The translations under genes were made by a program, and so were the position numbers. A stretch of 64,000 nt of DNA from the human T2T-CHM13v2.0 reference genome, Homo sapiens: the NCBI RefSeq assembly GCF_009914755.1, contig NC_060935.1. The stretch is one strand, 5' to 3'. Positions 26,801 to 58,212 of the stretch are shown piece after piece (position 1 is the stretch's first letter; each line of letters starts with the position of its first letter). Under the pieces are notes generated by a model. That model searched no databases. It was not told the DNA's origin and saw nothing but the letters and a program-made list of their open reading frames with translations.

Positions 26801-28706
26801 GGAGGGAGGTCGGGGAGGGAGTCGTGGAAGAGGTGCTCTTTGAGCTGAACCTGGAAGACCCCGGCACAGGGGATCCCTGGGCAGACTCCCGGAGGCTGCA
26901 CTGGCAGGACCCCCTGAAGGCCTCAGCTCTGGCTTGCCCTGGAGCTCAGGGCCTACGGACGACGAGGGACGAGGAGCCCGTGTCTCTCGGATGGAGTGCG
27001 GGGGGGCTGGCACCAGCACCCTTCTTGCTGTGCCCCTGGGGTGGGGGTGAGGAAATGGGGGGTCGGTGTGCAGTGAGAGGCAAAGAAGGTTCCTTGGAGG
27101 TGCGAGGTGGGCTGTGGGGGTGGGTGGGCCGCAAAGCGGCACCCATGGGGGGCTCTGGGCTGGTTTGCCGGCCTGGGGCTTCTGGCTGGGGTGGGACCTG
27201 TGTTGGGTTCCAGGCATCAGCTGCCGCTTTCTCAGGGCAATGCTGCGTCTGCCTTAGTTGCAGAGGAGGAGGACGAAGGGTTTTCTGGGTCCGGAGTGGT
27301 GCTAGCCAGATCCACTGCACGCTTGGGGTTTCCGCTCCCACCCTGGCCAGGGCCCTGGGCAGCTTCCCCAGTGGCATTTGCCATACCCCACCCAGCCACG
27401 TGCGGAGCCACGAGCCGAGGCCACTTCCCTTCCCTGACCCCCTCCCCCCAGGATGAGTGGACGCACATCCTGCTCTGGGCAGAAGGGCAGGACAGGGGCC
27501 CTGAGTAACGGTGGCCTGGGGTCAGAGCCAGGTTCAGCTGCGAGGCTGCTGGTGGCTGTGGAGGTGAGGGGGGCAGGGGGGTCCCGGATGTTAGCAGGGT
27601 GGGCCCTGGGGAGTGGGTGGGGGCCTGGAGGCTTCTTGGAGGAGGGTCCAGGGCCTGTCCCGCCCCTGTTCCTGCCTGCAGGAGTTGTTTACTCAGAGCA
27701 AGGGGTGGTGGGGAGTGAGCTGCTCTCCAAATCCTGGCTTGGGCCAAGCTGACATTCTTGGAATTCCGAGTGTGTGCGCTTCCTATCCCTCCATTTCCCA
27801 GCAGAGCCCCTGAGATCTGGAGACTGCCCCAGCCTCAGGCTCTGTGCATCTCCCCCGAGCCCCCACCACATATGTGCGGAGGCCCCTGGGGGCCCAGGCC
27901 TGTCCTCAGTCCCGACTGGGCTCTACCTGAGGACCCTGGGGAGCCTGGGCCTGGCCCTCCTCAGGCAAGCGGGGGTGGGAGGGAGCCTGGTGGCGGGGCA
28001 GGGCACTGTGCCCGCCAGCAGGGGCGGGTGGGGGCCCCTCTCTCCTGGGTGTGGAGTGTTGGCGCAGACTCGGCCTGGCTTCTGGGGGGGGGTGGTCTGG
28101 GATGGGGCCAGGAGGGTGAGGCGCTGGTTTTATAGAAGGGGGCGTTGTGGAGCCTCCTGTGGTCAGGGCAGGGCACAGGGAGCAGAGGGTGGGCTCCCCC
28201 GGCTGCTTCCTGCTAGAGGAGGGATCACTTCAGGGCAAACGACCAGGGGAAACCCATGATTGAAGTTTTAGCTGCTGACCCCTCCCACCCTGGGTGTTGC
28301 CCTGGAAACAGGCCAGCCACGGGACCAGGAGGGCTGGGAGGGGGAGTACGGGCTGAGCCCTGGCTGGGATTCAGCTGAACTTGCACTCTGGTCTGGGATC
28401 CCAGCCCACGTTTCCCTGTCTGTAAAGCTCAGGTGGGATCAGAAACTGCCCGCCGGGAGGGCTGCATCCCTCCTGCCGCTGAGGCTGGGCATGACCTTGA
28501 CTGGGAGAGGGTGTTGAAGGTGTCTGTCCCCAGCCTCGCCCCCACACCTGTGCTCTCTGGCCCTGTCCATGCCTGGGACAGATGTGTGCTCACCCCCAGG
28601 GTGCTGTGGGATGGGGTGGGTGCACACGGCGCCACGAGCACACGTGCCCGACACCTCAGCGGTGCACACAGCCAAGGCCACTGCCCACTGTACCCACGCC
28701 GTCCGT

Positions 28707-28827
28707 GTCCTCTCTACGGTCCTGGGAGACCGGCGTTGTGAGCGGTGGGGCCTGTAGATGGGGCCGGGTCCTCTCTACGGTCCTGGGAGACCGGCGCTGT
28801 GAGCGGTGGGGCCTGTAGATGGGGCCG
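28707..28827. repeat. 61-bp tandem duplication (2 near-identical copies)
   Basis: gtcctctctacggtcctgggagaccggcg(t/c)tgtgagcggtggggcctgtagatggggccg at 28707 and 28768. Confidence 0.95.
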
Positions 28828-30578
28828 AGACTGAACTGACCCTAGCCTCACCACTCATATGTCGGGGCTGGTGATATTTGGGAATGTCACTGCCTGCCAT
28901 GCAGCTGCCCAGGCCTGATGTGCCCCCCCAGACTGTTCTATAGGGGTCTAGGTTGCAGGGGCCAGGGCCAGGGCTGTGGTGGGATGGCACCTGAGGTGCG
29001 GCTGCTCCTGGAGCCTGGGGGGTGTGGGAAGGTGCCCCCCACCCAGGGTCCTAAGTCTGTTGCCTTCACCCCCGACTCCCAGCAGATAAATACCCAACAG
29101 TGCAGGAAAGGATTACAGGGAAGGCCTGGAGTGTGGGGTTAGCCTCGGTGGTCCCAGGAGGAAAGACTGGGGGACCTCTGGACTATCTGTCCCTCCCCTG
29201 GGGCTGCTGGGGGTATCAGAGTGGTGTCTCCAGCCTCCAGGGCTCAGGTTTGGGTGGGAGGGGCCTGGTCCCACCCAGACTCTGTATGTAGCCCCCAGTC
29301 CCTGCTCCTCTGTGTGCATGAGGGAGTGCCAGCTTGCTTGGGACCCCCCAGGGTGAGGGCTTGGGACGGGCACTGGGGCCCCGCAGGGGCTGAGGCAGCC
29401 AGGAAGCCCACAGCATAGGCTGTTTGTGTTGGCGGGCCTCCCTACCTCCTCAAAGCTGCCTCAGAGCCCGTGGGCCTGGGGGGCCAGGGTGTGTGGGCTT
29501 GGCTCTGCTGTCTGTCCTGAGCTGCCCCTGCTGAGCTGTGTGGAGACCCCGAGGTCTGGGCTGGGCCAGGACTGAGCTGCTGCCCTGCTGCTGGGGCTCA
29601 GAGAGGCTGCTCCACGGGCATGGCACCCAGGCTGCTGCAGACAGGCTGCTTTATCATGTGGGCAGGCCCCTCTTTGGGTTGGACCTCCGTCTGGCCTTGT
29701 GGGTGTCTGAGATCTCCTTGCAGCTCAGTCCCCAGGGCTTTTCCAACCTGCAGAGCTCTGGATGTCTCTTTTGGGGCTCTCGCTCAGCCAGGGTTGGGGT
29801 GGAGGCTCTATGGTTCCCTCCTGCCCTTGGGCTACTGGAAGGACAGTTACCTCACTCCAGAGAGCTAGTTCTGAGGGGCGAGGTGTTGCGGGGTTGAGCC
29901 AGCAGGGCAGGGAGTAGTGGGCACTGCGTTTGGCTGCCCAGGTGGGTTTGGGGCCTCTCCCTGGCCAGAAATCCCTGAGTGCCAGGAGGAGGACAGACTC
30001 CCCAGCCTGGCACCCATGGTGGAGGAGGGCCTTGCGGGTCATTGCTGGCAGCTCCATAGGGAGGGCGTGAGGCCCCTTCCTGAGCCTGGGTGTCTGCTCA
30101 GAGCCCAAGGCAGGGTGGGGTAGGGGTGCTTGTGCCTGGTAGGAAGCAGACAGCAGGCTGGTCCAGGGGTCCAGGACCCCAGGGAGGAGGCACTGCTGCG
30201 TGTCTGTGTGGGTGCAAGCATGTGTCTTGGCCTGTGTCTCTGCATGTCCGTGCTGTGAGTACGTCTTTGAACATGTGTTCTCTGCACACCGTGTCTCTGT
30301 GAGTGTGAGTCTGTGTCCCTGCCTGGCTGTCTCAGAGCCCTGAAGGAGCAGAATTTGGTGACTCAGTCATTGATTCAGAGCTTTCCTGGTTGGGGCTACT
30401 CCTCAGTGGTCTTCTTCTCCGAGTCTGGTGGTGTATCCCCTGCCCACCCCGACTGCCCCTCTGCCCTGTAGGGACCTGGCCCCAGGTGGGGGTTCCCTGC
30501 CCTTCTCTGGGAGCATCTCTGGCTGTACAGCTGAGGGTGGAAGCCAGGGCTCCACTCTGCCCATCTTTCCTTTTGCAG

Positions 30579-30678
30579 AGCTTGGGGCTTCCTTGGTCGC
30601 ACCCACCACCTGCCTGCCCACTGGTCAGCCTTCAGGGACCCTGAGCACCGCCTGGTCTCTTTCCTGTGGCCAGCCCAG
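30579..30678 (+). other. TSPAN4: TSPAN4 optional 5' UTR exon
   Basis: Acceptor ctttccttttgcag| and donor CAG|GTATGT; 100 nt, no ATG. Confidence 0.75.
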
Positions 30679-32351
30679 GTATGTCAGGGCCCGGCTGGGC
30701 TGGATGGTTGTGGTGGGCAGCAGTGGGCTTGCCTCTGGGTCTCACTTTGCCAGCCCAGGGGCCTTGCCAGCGGACACTTTGACACCACACCTGAGTATCT
30801 AATTGGAGCTCCCGTGGGGAGGGGCTGGACTTTGGAGACAGGGTCCCAGAACACCCCGACTGGGGTGTTGAAGGACCCTCCCCGACTGAGCTCTGACACT
30901 GTGCCTTGCCCGGGCCCCTGACTGCGTCTGGGCAACCCAGTGTGAATCTTGAACTTGGCAACAGAAGCAAGCCCAGCTCCCCGCCCCCACCCACCCCCAA
31001 CCCCGCTCCTCCTGACCCTCGGTGGCCTTGTGAGGTTTTTGATTTCTTCTTGAATAGGCTTCATCTGCTCACCTGGGCGATGTGTGCAGAGCTTTGTAGA
31101 TGGGAAAGGGGGTGGGAGGGGTCTTAGGGGACACTGGGACTGCATCCTGGGCGCTGGGCTCAGTGCAGGCACCCAGACCAGCTCTCCCTTCGCCCTCCCA
31201 CCCGCCTGGGACCCTCGAGCCTTGCCTGCCACTTCCCCTTCCACCCCCAGCCACAGAGGGACGCAGGGGAGATGGGGCAGGGGTGCCACTGGCTAGCCTG
31301 GCGGCGGATGCTCTCCTTGGGGTGGCTCGGGTGGTGTTTTTGACTGCAGGTGGGGTCTGGCTTCTCCCAGTCAGCCTGGGGTCCTCCCGGGTCCCCGTGG
31401 CACCTGCCCTTGCCTGGCCCACGAGTAGGTGCTCTGAGCGCTGCCCAGGTCACATGTGAGCTCCCTGGAGGCGCTGCACACGGCTGAGTGTCTGCCCTCA
31501 GGTTGCACCTGCGTGGCCAGGGGAAGGGGGCCGGGCGCCATCTGCTCTCTGGGCAGAGCTGCGGGTGAGGGTTTCTGTCAGGGTTGGGGTCCCAGGGCTC
31601 CTGGGGTCTCTGCTGGGCCCCGATGCGTGGCCGCCGTTCTGACCCATTCCTGGGGCCCAGACCCACCAAAGAACCCCCAGGGGAAGGACAGGGTAGGGGC
31701 CATGGGAAGCCCCAGGATGGCCTTGTGGGCCTTCAGGGGACCTCCAGGCCAGCCTCCTGTTCTCTGGGGGCCCCCTGTCCCCTTCCCCCAGCGAGGACCT
31801 GGGCATGGGGTGCTGCCCTGGGGCTTGGGCTGCAGTTCTCTACAGAGCCCTTGGGGGGCAGCAGAGGCTTGGGGCACCCAGCCCAGGTCGTCAGGGGTGG
31901 GCAGAGCTGCGGGACCTCCCTGGACACCCGGGGCTTCCACGGCAGCCCTCCCCAGACCTGCCACCTCCCACATCAGTCACTCCAGGAGGACCCAGGCCTC
32001 CAGAGCTGGTCAGCCCTGCCATGGAGCACCCCCTTCCCCTCCCTTAGCTTCCTCTCCCTCCTCTTCCTCCTGCCCTTCCTCATTCCCCACCTCTGGGCTT
32101 CAGGTCATCTGCCAGGAATCTGGGCCACGTGCTGATATCTTCCCAACACCGCAGGGCCCTTGTGCCCTGTGGTGGGGCTGGGGCTTCAGAGGCGTGGGGT
32201 AGGCTGCAGGGCACAGCTGGGGGCCTCTGTCCCCATCTCCGGCTGTGGGAGGTGTGTGCGCATCCGGCGTGATGACACCCAGGAGTGCAGGCACATCTGC
32301 GCACGGGGCCGGTATGTCTGTACCTGTCAAGGGGTGGGGTGGGGTCTTTTA

Positions 32352-32491
32352 CAGGCTGACTTCCAGCCTGGGCTGGAGCAAAATGAAATTCTGGGCCCCT
32401 TGTTTAAAAATTACCAAGAATTTCAAGACGGGAACAGCAGAGCATCAAGCCAGCTGGGGTGGGTGCGGGCGACTGCCCTTGAAGCCGGCCC
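32352..32491 (-). mobile_element. MER45A-like hAT DNA transposon relic
   Basis: gcaaaatgaaattctgggccccttgtttaaaaattaccaagaatttcaagacgg...tgaagccggccc resembles the recalled MER45A consensus. Confidence 0.65.
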
Positions 32492-33682
32492 CGCTCCCGC
32501 ATTGGGGACAGCACGGGGCGGAGGCCGAGCCGGGCCCACCTGGAGCGCTCTGGGTCTGTCCTGGGGCTGCCAGCCTCCTGCGGGGCTGCCTGGTGGAGGG
32601 GGGGTGGGTATCTCAGGAATCACACCTGCGCTTTTCTGTGTTCTGGAACCTCCCATATAGTCAAAGACTCAACGACACCTGCTCCATGCAGTGCAGGCTG
32701 ACCCAGCCCCCCACCCGCCGCCGGCACTCAGGGCTTCCCCAAGGGCGCCCGGGGCGGAGCCGCTTCAAGTTGCCACCAGACAGCAACGGGGTCACCCTCC
32801 ATTTGCGTAGTGCTTTGAGTATCGTTCTCGTGGTTGGAGGTCTCCAAGCCCGGCCCGGGGCCAGAGTCCGGGCGAGGTACCGTGGGGGGAAGGGCTGGGG
32901 GTGTCGGTCGCGGGCTAAGAGCTGCCCAGGTTTCATCCCCAGGCCCCGGCCCCGCCCTCCAGTCCCCTCAGGCGCCCTTCGCGAGCATCTTCCTCCCGCG
33001 CGCGAAGGTGGGGGGGCTGGGGCGCCGGCGCGGGCGAAGGGGCCGGGGTCGCGGCTGGTGCGTTGCCGGGGGCTGCGATTCGTCCGCCCAGGCGGAGCGC
33101 TGGGGTTTGCCGGGCGGTGCGGCGAGGAGGGGAGGGGTCCGCGCGGGGGCGGAGCCGCCGGGGATTGGCCGGGAGGGCGCGGGGCGGGGCGCGCGGGGTC
33201 GGGGGCGCGGGGGCCGCAGCGCGCGGGCCGGGCAGATGTTTGGGTTCCGCCGCCGGGGTCCGAGCGGATCCGCGCGACCCGCTGCCACCGCGGGGGCCAG
33301 AGCGGGAGCAGGAGCGGGGCCGGAGCAGGCGCCGGCCGGCGGGATGGGGCGTTCCGGGGCGGCGGGTGCGGGGCGCTGAGCGGCGGCCCCGGCACACCCG
33401 GGCGCGATGCGCCGCTCCAGCACGGACGAGTCCACGTACCGGCGCAGCCCCTCTCCGGAGGGCAAGGAGCCGGACTTCGCGCGCGGCGGCCCCTTCCGGC
33501 GCTACAGCAGCCTATACGGGCGCGCGGGCGGCGGGGACGCCGGGGGCGCCTTCTTCGGCCTGCACGCGAACCCCGGCCCCAAGGCGGCCCAGGCGCGCTA
33601 CACGTCGCCCAAGGGCAACAAGTACGTGGTTTTCTACCTGGACCTCTCCTTCATCTTCCTCCTAGAACTGAAGCGCTGCGGC

Positions 33683-50048
<16,366 letters not shown>

Positions 50049-50510
50049 GCCGCCCACCGCCCGCTTCTCTGCCAAAAGGACGCCCACGGGGAGATGGCCG
50101 CACCCACAGCTGCCTTTCCCACCACCAGCCTCGGTGCTCTGCCCCATGCTGGGAGGAGGGAGGGAGGGACAGGTGCCTGGAGCCCCCGGAACCCTGTTTC
50201 TGGAAGGCCCTGGCTCAGGTGGCTTCAGGGCCTCCGGACCCCCCCTGGGAGGGGTGGCCACGTGCTGGCTGCGGAACCCAGGGCAGGGGTGGGAGGGGCC
50301 TCCAGCACTTTTTATATTTACGTATTCTCCAAAGCAGTGTTCACACGGGAGCCAGCCTGTGGCCCCCAGCCTCCTGGAAAACAGGTTGGCGCTGGAGGAG
50401 CCGGGTCTTGGCATCCTGGAGGTGGCCCCACTGGTCCTGGTGCTCCAGGCGGGGCCGTGGACCCCTCACCTACATTCCATAGTGGGCCCGTGGGGCTCCT
50501 GGTGCATCTT

Positions 50511-50516
50511 AATAAA
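50511..50516 (+). terminator. TSPAN4 poly(A) signal
   Basis: AATAAA ~460 nt after the stop. Confidence 0.85.
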
Positions 50517-50540
50517 GTGTGAGCAGCAACCTTGCGTCTA

Positions 50541-51175
<635 letters not shown>

Positions 51176-51686
51176 CTACCCTGGGGCCTGCTGTCGAGGC
51201 GGGGCTGTGCTTTTCCCCTATTTTGTTCCTAGAACTCTACCCCTTTAAGTGAGCTGGCAGCACAAAGCACCTGTCACAGGGCATGAAAAAAAATGCATCA
51301 AGGTGCCTCAGGATTCTCACAGCCAGGGGTGAGGGTTGTGTGGGGACCCTGGCCACAGGGATGACGGTCAGTTCAGGTTGGGGCATCTGATCCCCAAACT
51401 GCACCCCACAATCTCATTTCCAGCTAATTCCTGCCCCACCCTCTGCCCATCCCCCCGGGAGACACAGCCCGCTCTAGACATCCCATCCTGTGTGGCATCC
51501 CCACCCCTGCCTCCACCCAATGCTGATCTGGCAATGCCTAGCTCCAGGCCCACACCACCCTCCCAGACCTGCGTGTCCCCCACCCTCACTCCAACAGAAG
51601 CCACAGGACCCCCGAGAACAACTTGAATGTTAGCGTCAGCACCTCTGGGGAGACAAGGTCAGTGCCCCAAAGCCAGTGGCAGCTTG

Positions 51687-51922
51687 TGTTTTTTTAGACA
51701 AGGTTTTTGGAGTGCAGTCGGTCACAGCTCACTGCAGCCTCAACCTCATCAAGCGATCCTCCCATCTCAGCCTCCTGAGTAGCCAGGAGTACAGGCACAT
51801 GCCACCATGTCTTGCTAATTTTTCTATTTTTAGGGGGTAGAGACGGGGTTTCACCATGTTGCCCAGCGTTCCTCCCGCCACGGCTTTCCAAAGTACTGGG
51901 ATTACAGGCATGAACCGCCGCA
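51687..51922 (-). mobile_element. Degenerate AluJ-like element
   Basis: Antisense Alu with internal deletions. Confidence 0.75.
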
Positions 51923-53199
51923 CACACCACTTGTATCTCCTATGCCCGTGTCAAGCAGCAGCAGGGCGGTGGGAACGGCTGCACCTGCACTGTGGCAGCT
52001 CGCAGGCCTCCCTGACGTCCAGGCGGAGGCTTTCTCAAGTGTGGGTGCCTTGGGTCCGACCCAGGACCCCCTCCCCAGCTCCCGTCCTGTGGAGGAGACC
52101 CCACCATGCTTCCTCACCACCGGCTGGAGATGTCCTGACCCCCTGCCCACTGCGCCCTAACATTACTGACTCTAAACCAGAACCCAGTGCCCACCCTGTC
52201 CTCACCGTCCTCACCCCACGGCATTCTGAGTGAGGGACGCCCAGGCCCACCCACTCCCTGGACTCACTTCTGTCCCCCCGAGAGACCTTGCCCGGGACAT
52301 GTACCCACCTATGCCCTCTACTGCCCACCTCAGCCCTGTGGGACCCAGTGGTGAGGAGGGGAGTCCTCACGGCCAGCCAAGGACAGGATGGTGACGAGGG
52401 GCAGGGGAACGAGGGCCACCAGGCCTTGGCTCATGATGCCTCCAAATTCCCCAGGGCCTCCCCAGAGCCTGGACACCGCTGCATGGCAGGGTGGGTGTAG
52501 CCTGCCAGCCACATGTCCTCTGCCCCACCCCTCGCTGGAAATGCCTGTCCCGATATGGCCCACGGGTCCTGCTGTTGCCCCTCACCATGCTCCCTGATGT
52601 GTCCAGGCTGGCCTGGGGGTCGTGCTACCTGAGGCGGCAGAGCTGAGCCAAGGTCCAGGACCAGTTTCAAGAGGGTGGGCCAGGCTCCTCTGAGTCCATT
52701 TCTAGGGCAGCCCCTGCACCCTTGCCGTGCTGGACTCGGTGGGGACGTCTGGGTGGCTCTCTGCAGGTGACACACGTGCTGTGGCTGGCCAGGTGGGTGG
52801 CAGGTATGTGGGGGTGGAGCTCTCAGCTCTATCACTGCCAGGCCCTGGGGTGATGCTGGGCAGAGCTGTCCCTGCGAGGGCCCTCGAATCCAGGAGTGGG
52901 CGAGTCCGGGATGGTTCCAGAGCTTCCAAACCCACATCCAGCCCAGGATGTGAGAAGCAGCCCAGAAAGGCCTGAGCCAGGCTGTCCTGGTGGGGCAGGT
53001 ACTGTGGGCCCCGCCTGCCCAGCTGACAGGAGGCAGCCAGCGGATGCCCGGGTGGGAGGGGCTCGAGCTCTCAGGGTGTCCCCCAGCTAGGACTCATCCA
53101 GGGCAGGGACCCCTCATGGGAGGATGGGGAGTCACATGGTGCCCAGGACCCCCGACTGAGGACTGCAGCAGACCCGTCACAGCAAACGGAGTGGAGGCC

Positions 53200-53205
53200 T
53201 GTATT
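53200..53205 (-). terminator. CHID1 candidate proximal variant poly(A) signal AATACA
   Basis: tgtatt on + strand, ~70 nt past the stop. Confidence 0.45.
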
Positions 53206-53272
53206 TCACACCTGCTCACTCACTCCATGGCTTAGAAAAGAACACGTCCACCGCGGAGGCCGCAATGCCCAC

Positions 53273-53914
53273 CTAGAGCAGGTCGTAGAAGTAGTCCAGG
53301 CCCTGGCCCAGCTCCCAGATAGAGACCCCAACGCCCAGCTCCCGGGCCAGCTCCAGCCGCACCTGCAGGGACTGGGCACAGATGGAGGTGTGAGCACCTG
53401 CTGGGGCCTGTCCCCCCAACACCCAGGGATGTCCTCCAGGCCGAGGGGCAGCACCGCCTGGACCCCAGGCCAGTGCCTGCTGTGCTGTCGCATGGCCCAC
53501 CCCTCCCCCAGTCCCACGGCTGGCAGCACACGCACCTTCAGGGTTGGGTAGAAGACGACGTGCCTCCCACTGCGGCTCCTGCAAGACAAAGGGACTGTCA
53601 GCCCATCCGCTCTGCTGGTTCCAGGCCTCCTCCCCTCACAGCCAAGGTCCACGGCCTGTACTCCTCCCACCCACCAGGTGGCCACCTGCTGTCCAGCTGT
53701 GCTCCAGGGCCGGGAGCAGCAAGTGAGCTCGTGACCCTGAGACCCCCTGGGCCCTGCTGCTCCCTCATCTCCACCCCCAGGGCCCCTCCCTGCACACAAG
53801 GCCAAGGTGGGCCACGCACTTCAAAACACTCACTTCTTGTACTCGAAGAAGTGCTCTGAGACCTGGCTGTCCCACACCATCTGGGGCCTGTGGTCCTTCA
53901 GTGTCTGGATGTAC
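53273..53914 (-). CDS. CHID1: Chitinase domain-containing protein 1 (SI-CLP), last three coding exons; the rest lies beyond the window
   Basis: Minus exons 53914-53834, 53578-53536, 53371-53273 join in frame: [73 protein letters not shown], with the GH18 C-terminal GxxIWELGQ motif. Confidence 0.97.
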
Positions 53915-54404
53915 CTGGGGAGACCAGGATATGGATTTGGGAGCCCACCCAGCTCCCCCACAGCCCCACCCTGTACCCCCAAAGGCTGTGGCTCTCAGCA
54001 GGGGCAGGGCCACTCGGGGCAGCCACTGTCCCCAGTGGTCTGGGGGACAACACCTGGTGGGGTGGCCAGAGCCCCAGGCCGTGTGAACCCTGTATTAGAG
54101 GAAACCTCAGGAAAAACATCTTCCAGGAGCTTCCTCGGAAGAAGCCACCCCACCAAGTCCTTTCAGTGGCCTGGAGAGTGACACGGGGCCTGAAACTGCC
54201 TGAGCCTGAGGGTGACCCTCAGGCCGCGCAGCGGCTGCTGGACAGGGCTCCTCACTCTGTCCAGACCCCAGGTGAGAGGCTAACCAGACAGGCCTCAGGC
54301 TGCCCTGGCCCCGCTGCTGGCCCTGGACTGATGGGCAGTGCCTCGTACTGGGTGGGCAGTGCCTTGTACTGGGGATGGCTGCCCGGGGCAGTGGTTTCTG
54401 CACC

Positions 54405-54704
<300 letters not shown>

Positions 54705-55631
54705 TCTGCACCCTTTCAAAGACTGAGTCTGCCTCAGTCTTGAACAATGACCACCCCATGCCCAGGACAGCAGCAGGCCCCTCCTGAGCACCAAGAGTCA
54801 GTGGTTTGAGAACCACCCCCTCCTTCACACAGAGGACAGGCTCATTCCCAAGGTGCTGGGGACACGACTGCGGCTTCCAGGTCACGGGGCCCTGAGTGTG
54901 TGCACATCTCACACTGCACATTTGGGACCAGGGCAGGTGGTTCCAGAACACTATGGGCCACAGCCACCAGCAGCACCAACAGATGGTTCTGGAAGCTTCT
55001 GGTCTCCACAGACAGGAGTCTGTGCAGGTGGAGGCAGCTGACAATGGAACATGACCAGTGCCTGCTGCGTGAGGACAGTGCCCCCCACGTGCCTGGGGCT
55101 GCAGCCTCAGGGAGGAGGCCTGGCGTGGGGCCTACAGCCCGGGTGCCATGTGGGAGGGGAGGACAGGCAGTAGGCAACTGCAGGGGCGCAGGGACCTGGG
55201 CCGTGTGGCATGGACATCCGCAGGATCCTAAGGGGTCACAGATGGACAGTGCAGGGTTTATCCAAGTGAGAAATGGCCACAGGACCGGTGCACCTCGAGC
55301 CACCTTTCTGCTCCTGCCCAGGAGTAGTGGGATGTTTGAGGCTCCCAAACGGGAAAGGCTGCTGTTGTCCTGAGCAGGGCAGAGTCCCCTTGACACTGGG
55401 AGCCTCTTCCAGACTAGGGCACATGTCACTTCAGAGCTGTGAATGGGAGCAGCTGCCACCCCCCCAGCAGTGCTCGACAAAGTGCCAGACCCCATCGGGT
55501 AGCTCTGGCCTTTTGGGGCATGGAGGCTGCTCTGCAGACATCAGACCCCGGCAAACACATGGCAGGGAGGTTGGGAAACAGCATTCGGGCAGCCTCCCCA
55601 ACCCAGACAGTTTCCCTTAGACGCCTGTTTC

Positions 55632-55917
<286 letters not shown>

Positions 55918-57079
55918 TCCCCCTAGACTCTGGTAATGGGATGGCAGCAGTGGCTGGCAGCTCCAGCCATCCCAGGCCTGGAAAAGGACTGCTGGACCCC
56001 TGCCCTCCTGTGGCTGGGCCAGGCCCCTCAATGGCCACATGCAAACATGGTCCTTCCAGAAGCCCCTCCAGACCAGGCAACGTCATGGAGGCTGCCAGCA
56101 TAGCCACAACCCCATCAGACAGCTCTAAAATTACTGCATTATCCTTAACTGAAACACCACTCAAGGTGTTGTTGGTGTAATTTGCAGCGTCCCCCCTCAA
56201 TATCTGCTGGGTGGCTCTGTGAGAAGAATGGGATGTGCAGGGTCGTGGGCAGATACCTCAGGGCAGGGTTGGCCCTCGGGCTGTGGGGAGCTCTGGCCAC
56301 GCCACACACTCCTCCTCCTGGGGGGCCTCTGTGGTCACTGCTCAAAATCTGCTGCCTCCAGGAGGAGGTGAGGCTGGGGGTGGCCAGGACCCCTGAGAGC
56401 ACTGGGTGCCTCCCACTCAGGAGCCCCAGCCTGGTGGTTTGGCGAGTGGGTGGTGACCACGCTGTGGGGGCAGCCATGACCAGGGCGCTGTCAGGGACCC
56501 CAACCCCAGGAATCGCTACTCCCAAGCAGGCCCTGGGGACGAGGAGAAGCTGGAGCCCAGGTGCTGGGTGGGGGTGTGTGCCCAGCTCCCAAAAGCCCAG
56601 GGAGGGTCTGAGAGTCACTCCTGGGGAGGGAAGGTGGGGCCACCCGGTATAGGGGCGGGGCTGAGTGAGGACGGGCAGCTGCAGGCACAGCAGAGGGAGT
56701 CCAGGCCCACAGCAGAGGGAGGACAGTCCTCAGAGGGCCGCAGACACACACAGGGGCTGGGTCCTTGGGGGGCCTGAGTGGCCATCCAGGCTGGTAACTG
56801 GGACCCCCTTGAGGGCTTGTAAGACCCCAAGGAGCATGGCTGGTGTGATGGACAAGCACACCAGGGGACCAGGCTCCCAGGAGGAACAAGGGCCACACAG
56901 GTCTTTTGGGCGCAGGCACCAGCCACAGTGAGTGGGGAGCGAGCGAGGGGCCTGCCTGGGAGGAAGGAAGGGCCACAGAGAGGGCAGGGGAAGGTGAAAG
57001 TCCGAGAGTGGGTGCAGGGAGCACTGCAGGAGCCCAAGGGAGGGACAAGCACATGGACGGGGAGGATGTAAGGAATAAG

Positions 57080-57320
57080 GACTCAATGAACACGGACAGC
57101 TCGGCCTCACAGAAACATCCAGAACAGACAAACCTACAGAGACGGTGGGCTGGAGGTGGGCACAAGCTAGGGCAGAGAAAGAGGGCACAGCTGCTAAAAG
57201 GCACAGGGCTTCTTTTTTTGGGGAGCAGTAATGGGGGCTGTACAATTCTGGAAGCGTGTTAAACGCCACTTTGAAATGGTGCATTTTATGGTATGTGAAT
57301 TTCATCCAACCTCAAAAACA
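57080..57320 (+). mobile_element. Old L1 (L1MB/ME-like) 3' end
   Basis: cactttgaaatggtgcattttatggtatgtgaatttcat...aaaaa is typical of L1M 3' termini. Confidence 0.55.
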
Positions 57321-57617
57321 GCTGCAAGGCCTCAAATGGAAAGGGCCAAGGAAAGCCAAACAGGATATACACACAAAACACACCGAGACGCGCCACAGAG
57401 CAATTTAGGAGGACCAGGGACAGAGGTTCGACGCGTTTCTAGGGAGAAAGCAGATCAAGTGTGAGAAAGATGTCCTTGGACCTCCTGATGTGTGTGTGTG
57501 TGGGGGGCGTCACCCCACGGAGACCAGCTTGGAAACTTTTGGAGAAAGGGCTGCAGAAAACCAAAATAAGTGGGATGAGAGGCTTGCTCCAAAGCCTGGG
57601 GACTTTGCCAAGGTCTA

Positions 57618-58212
<595 letters not shown>

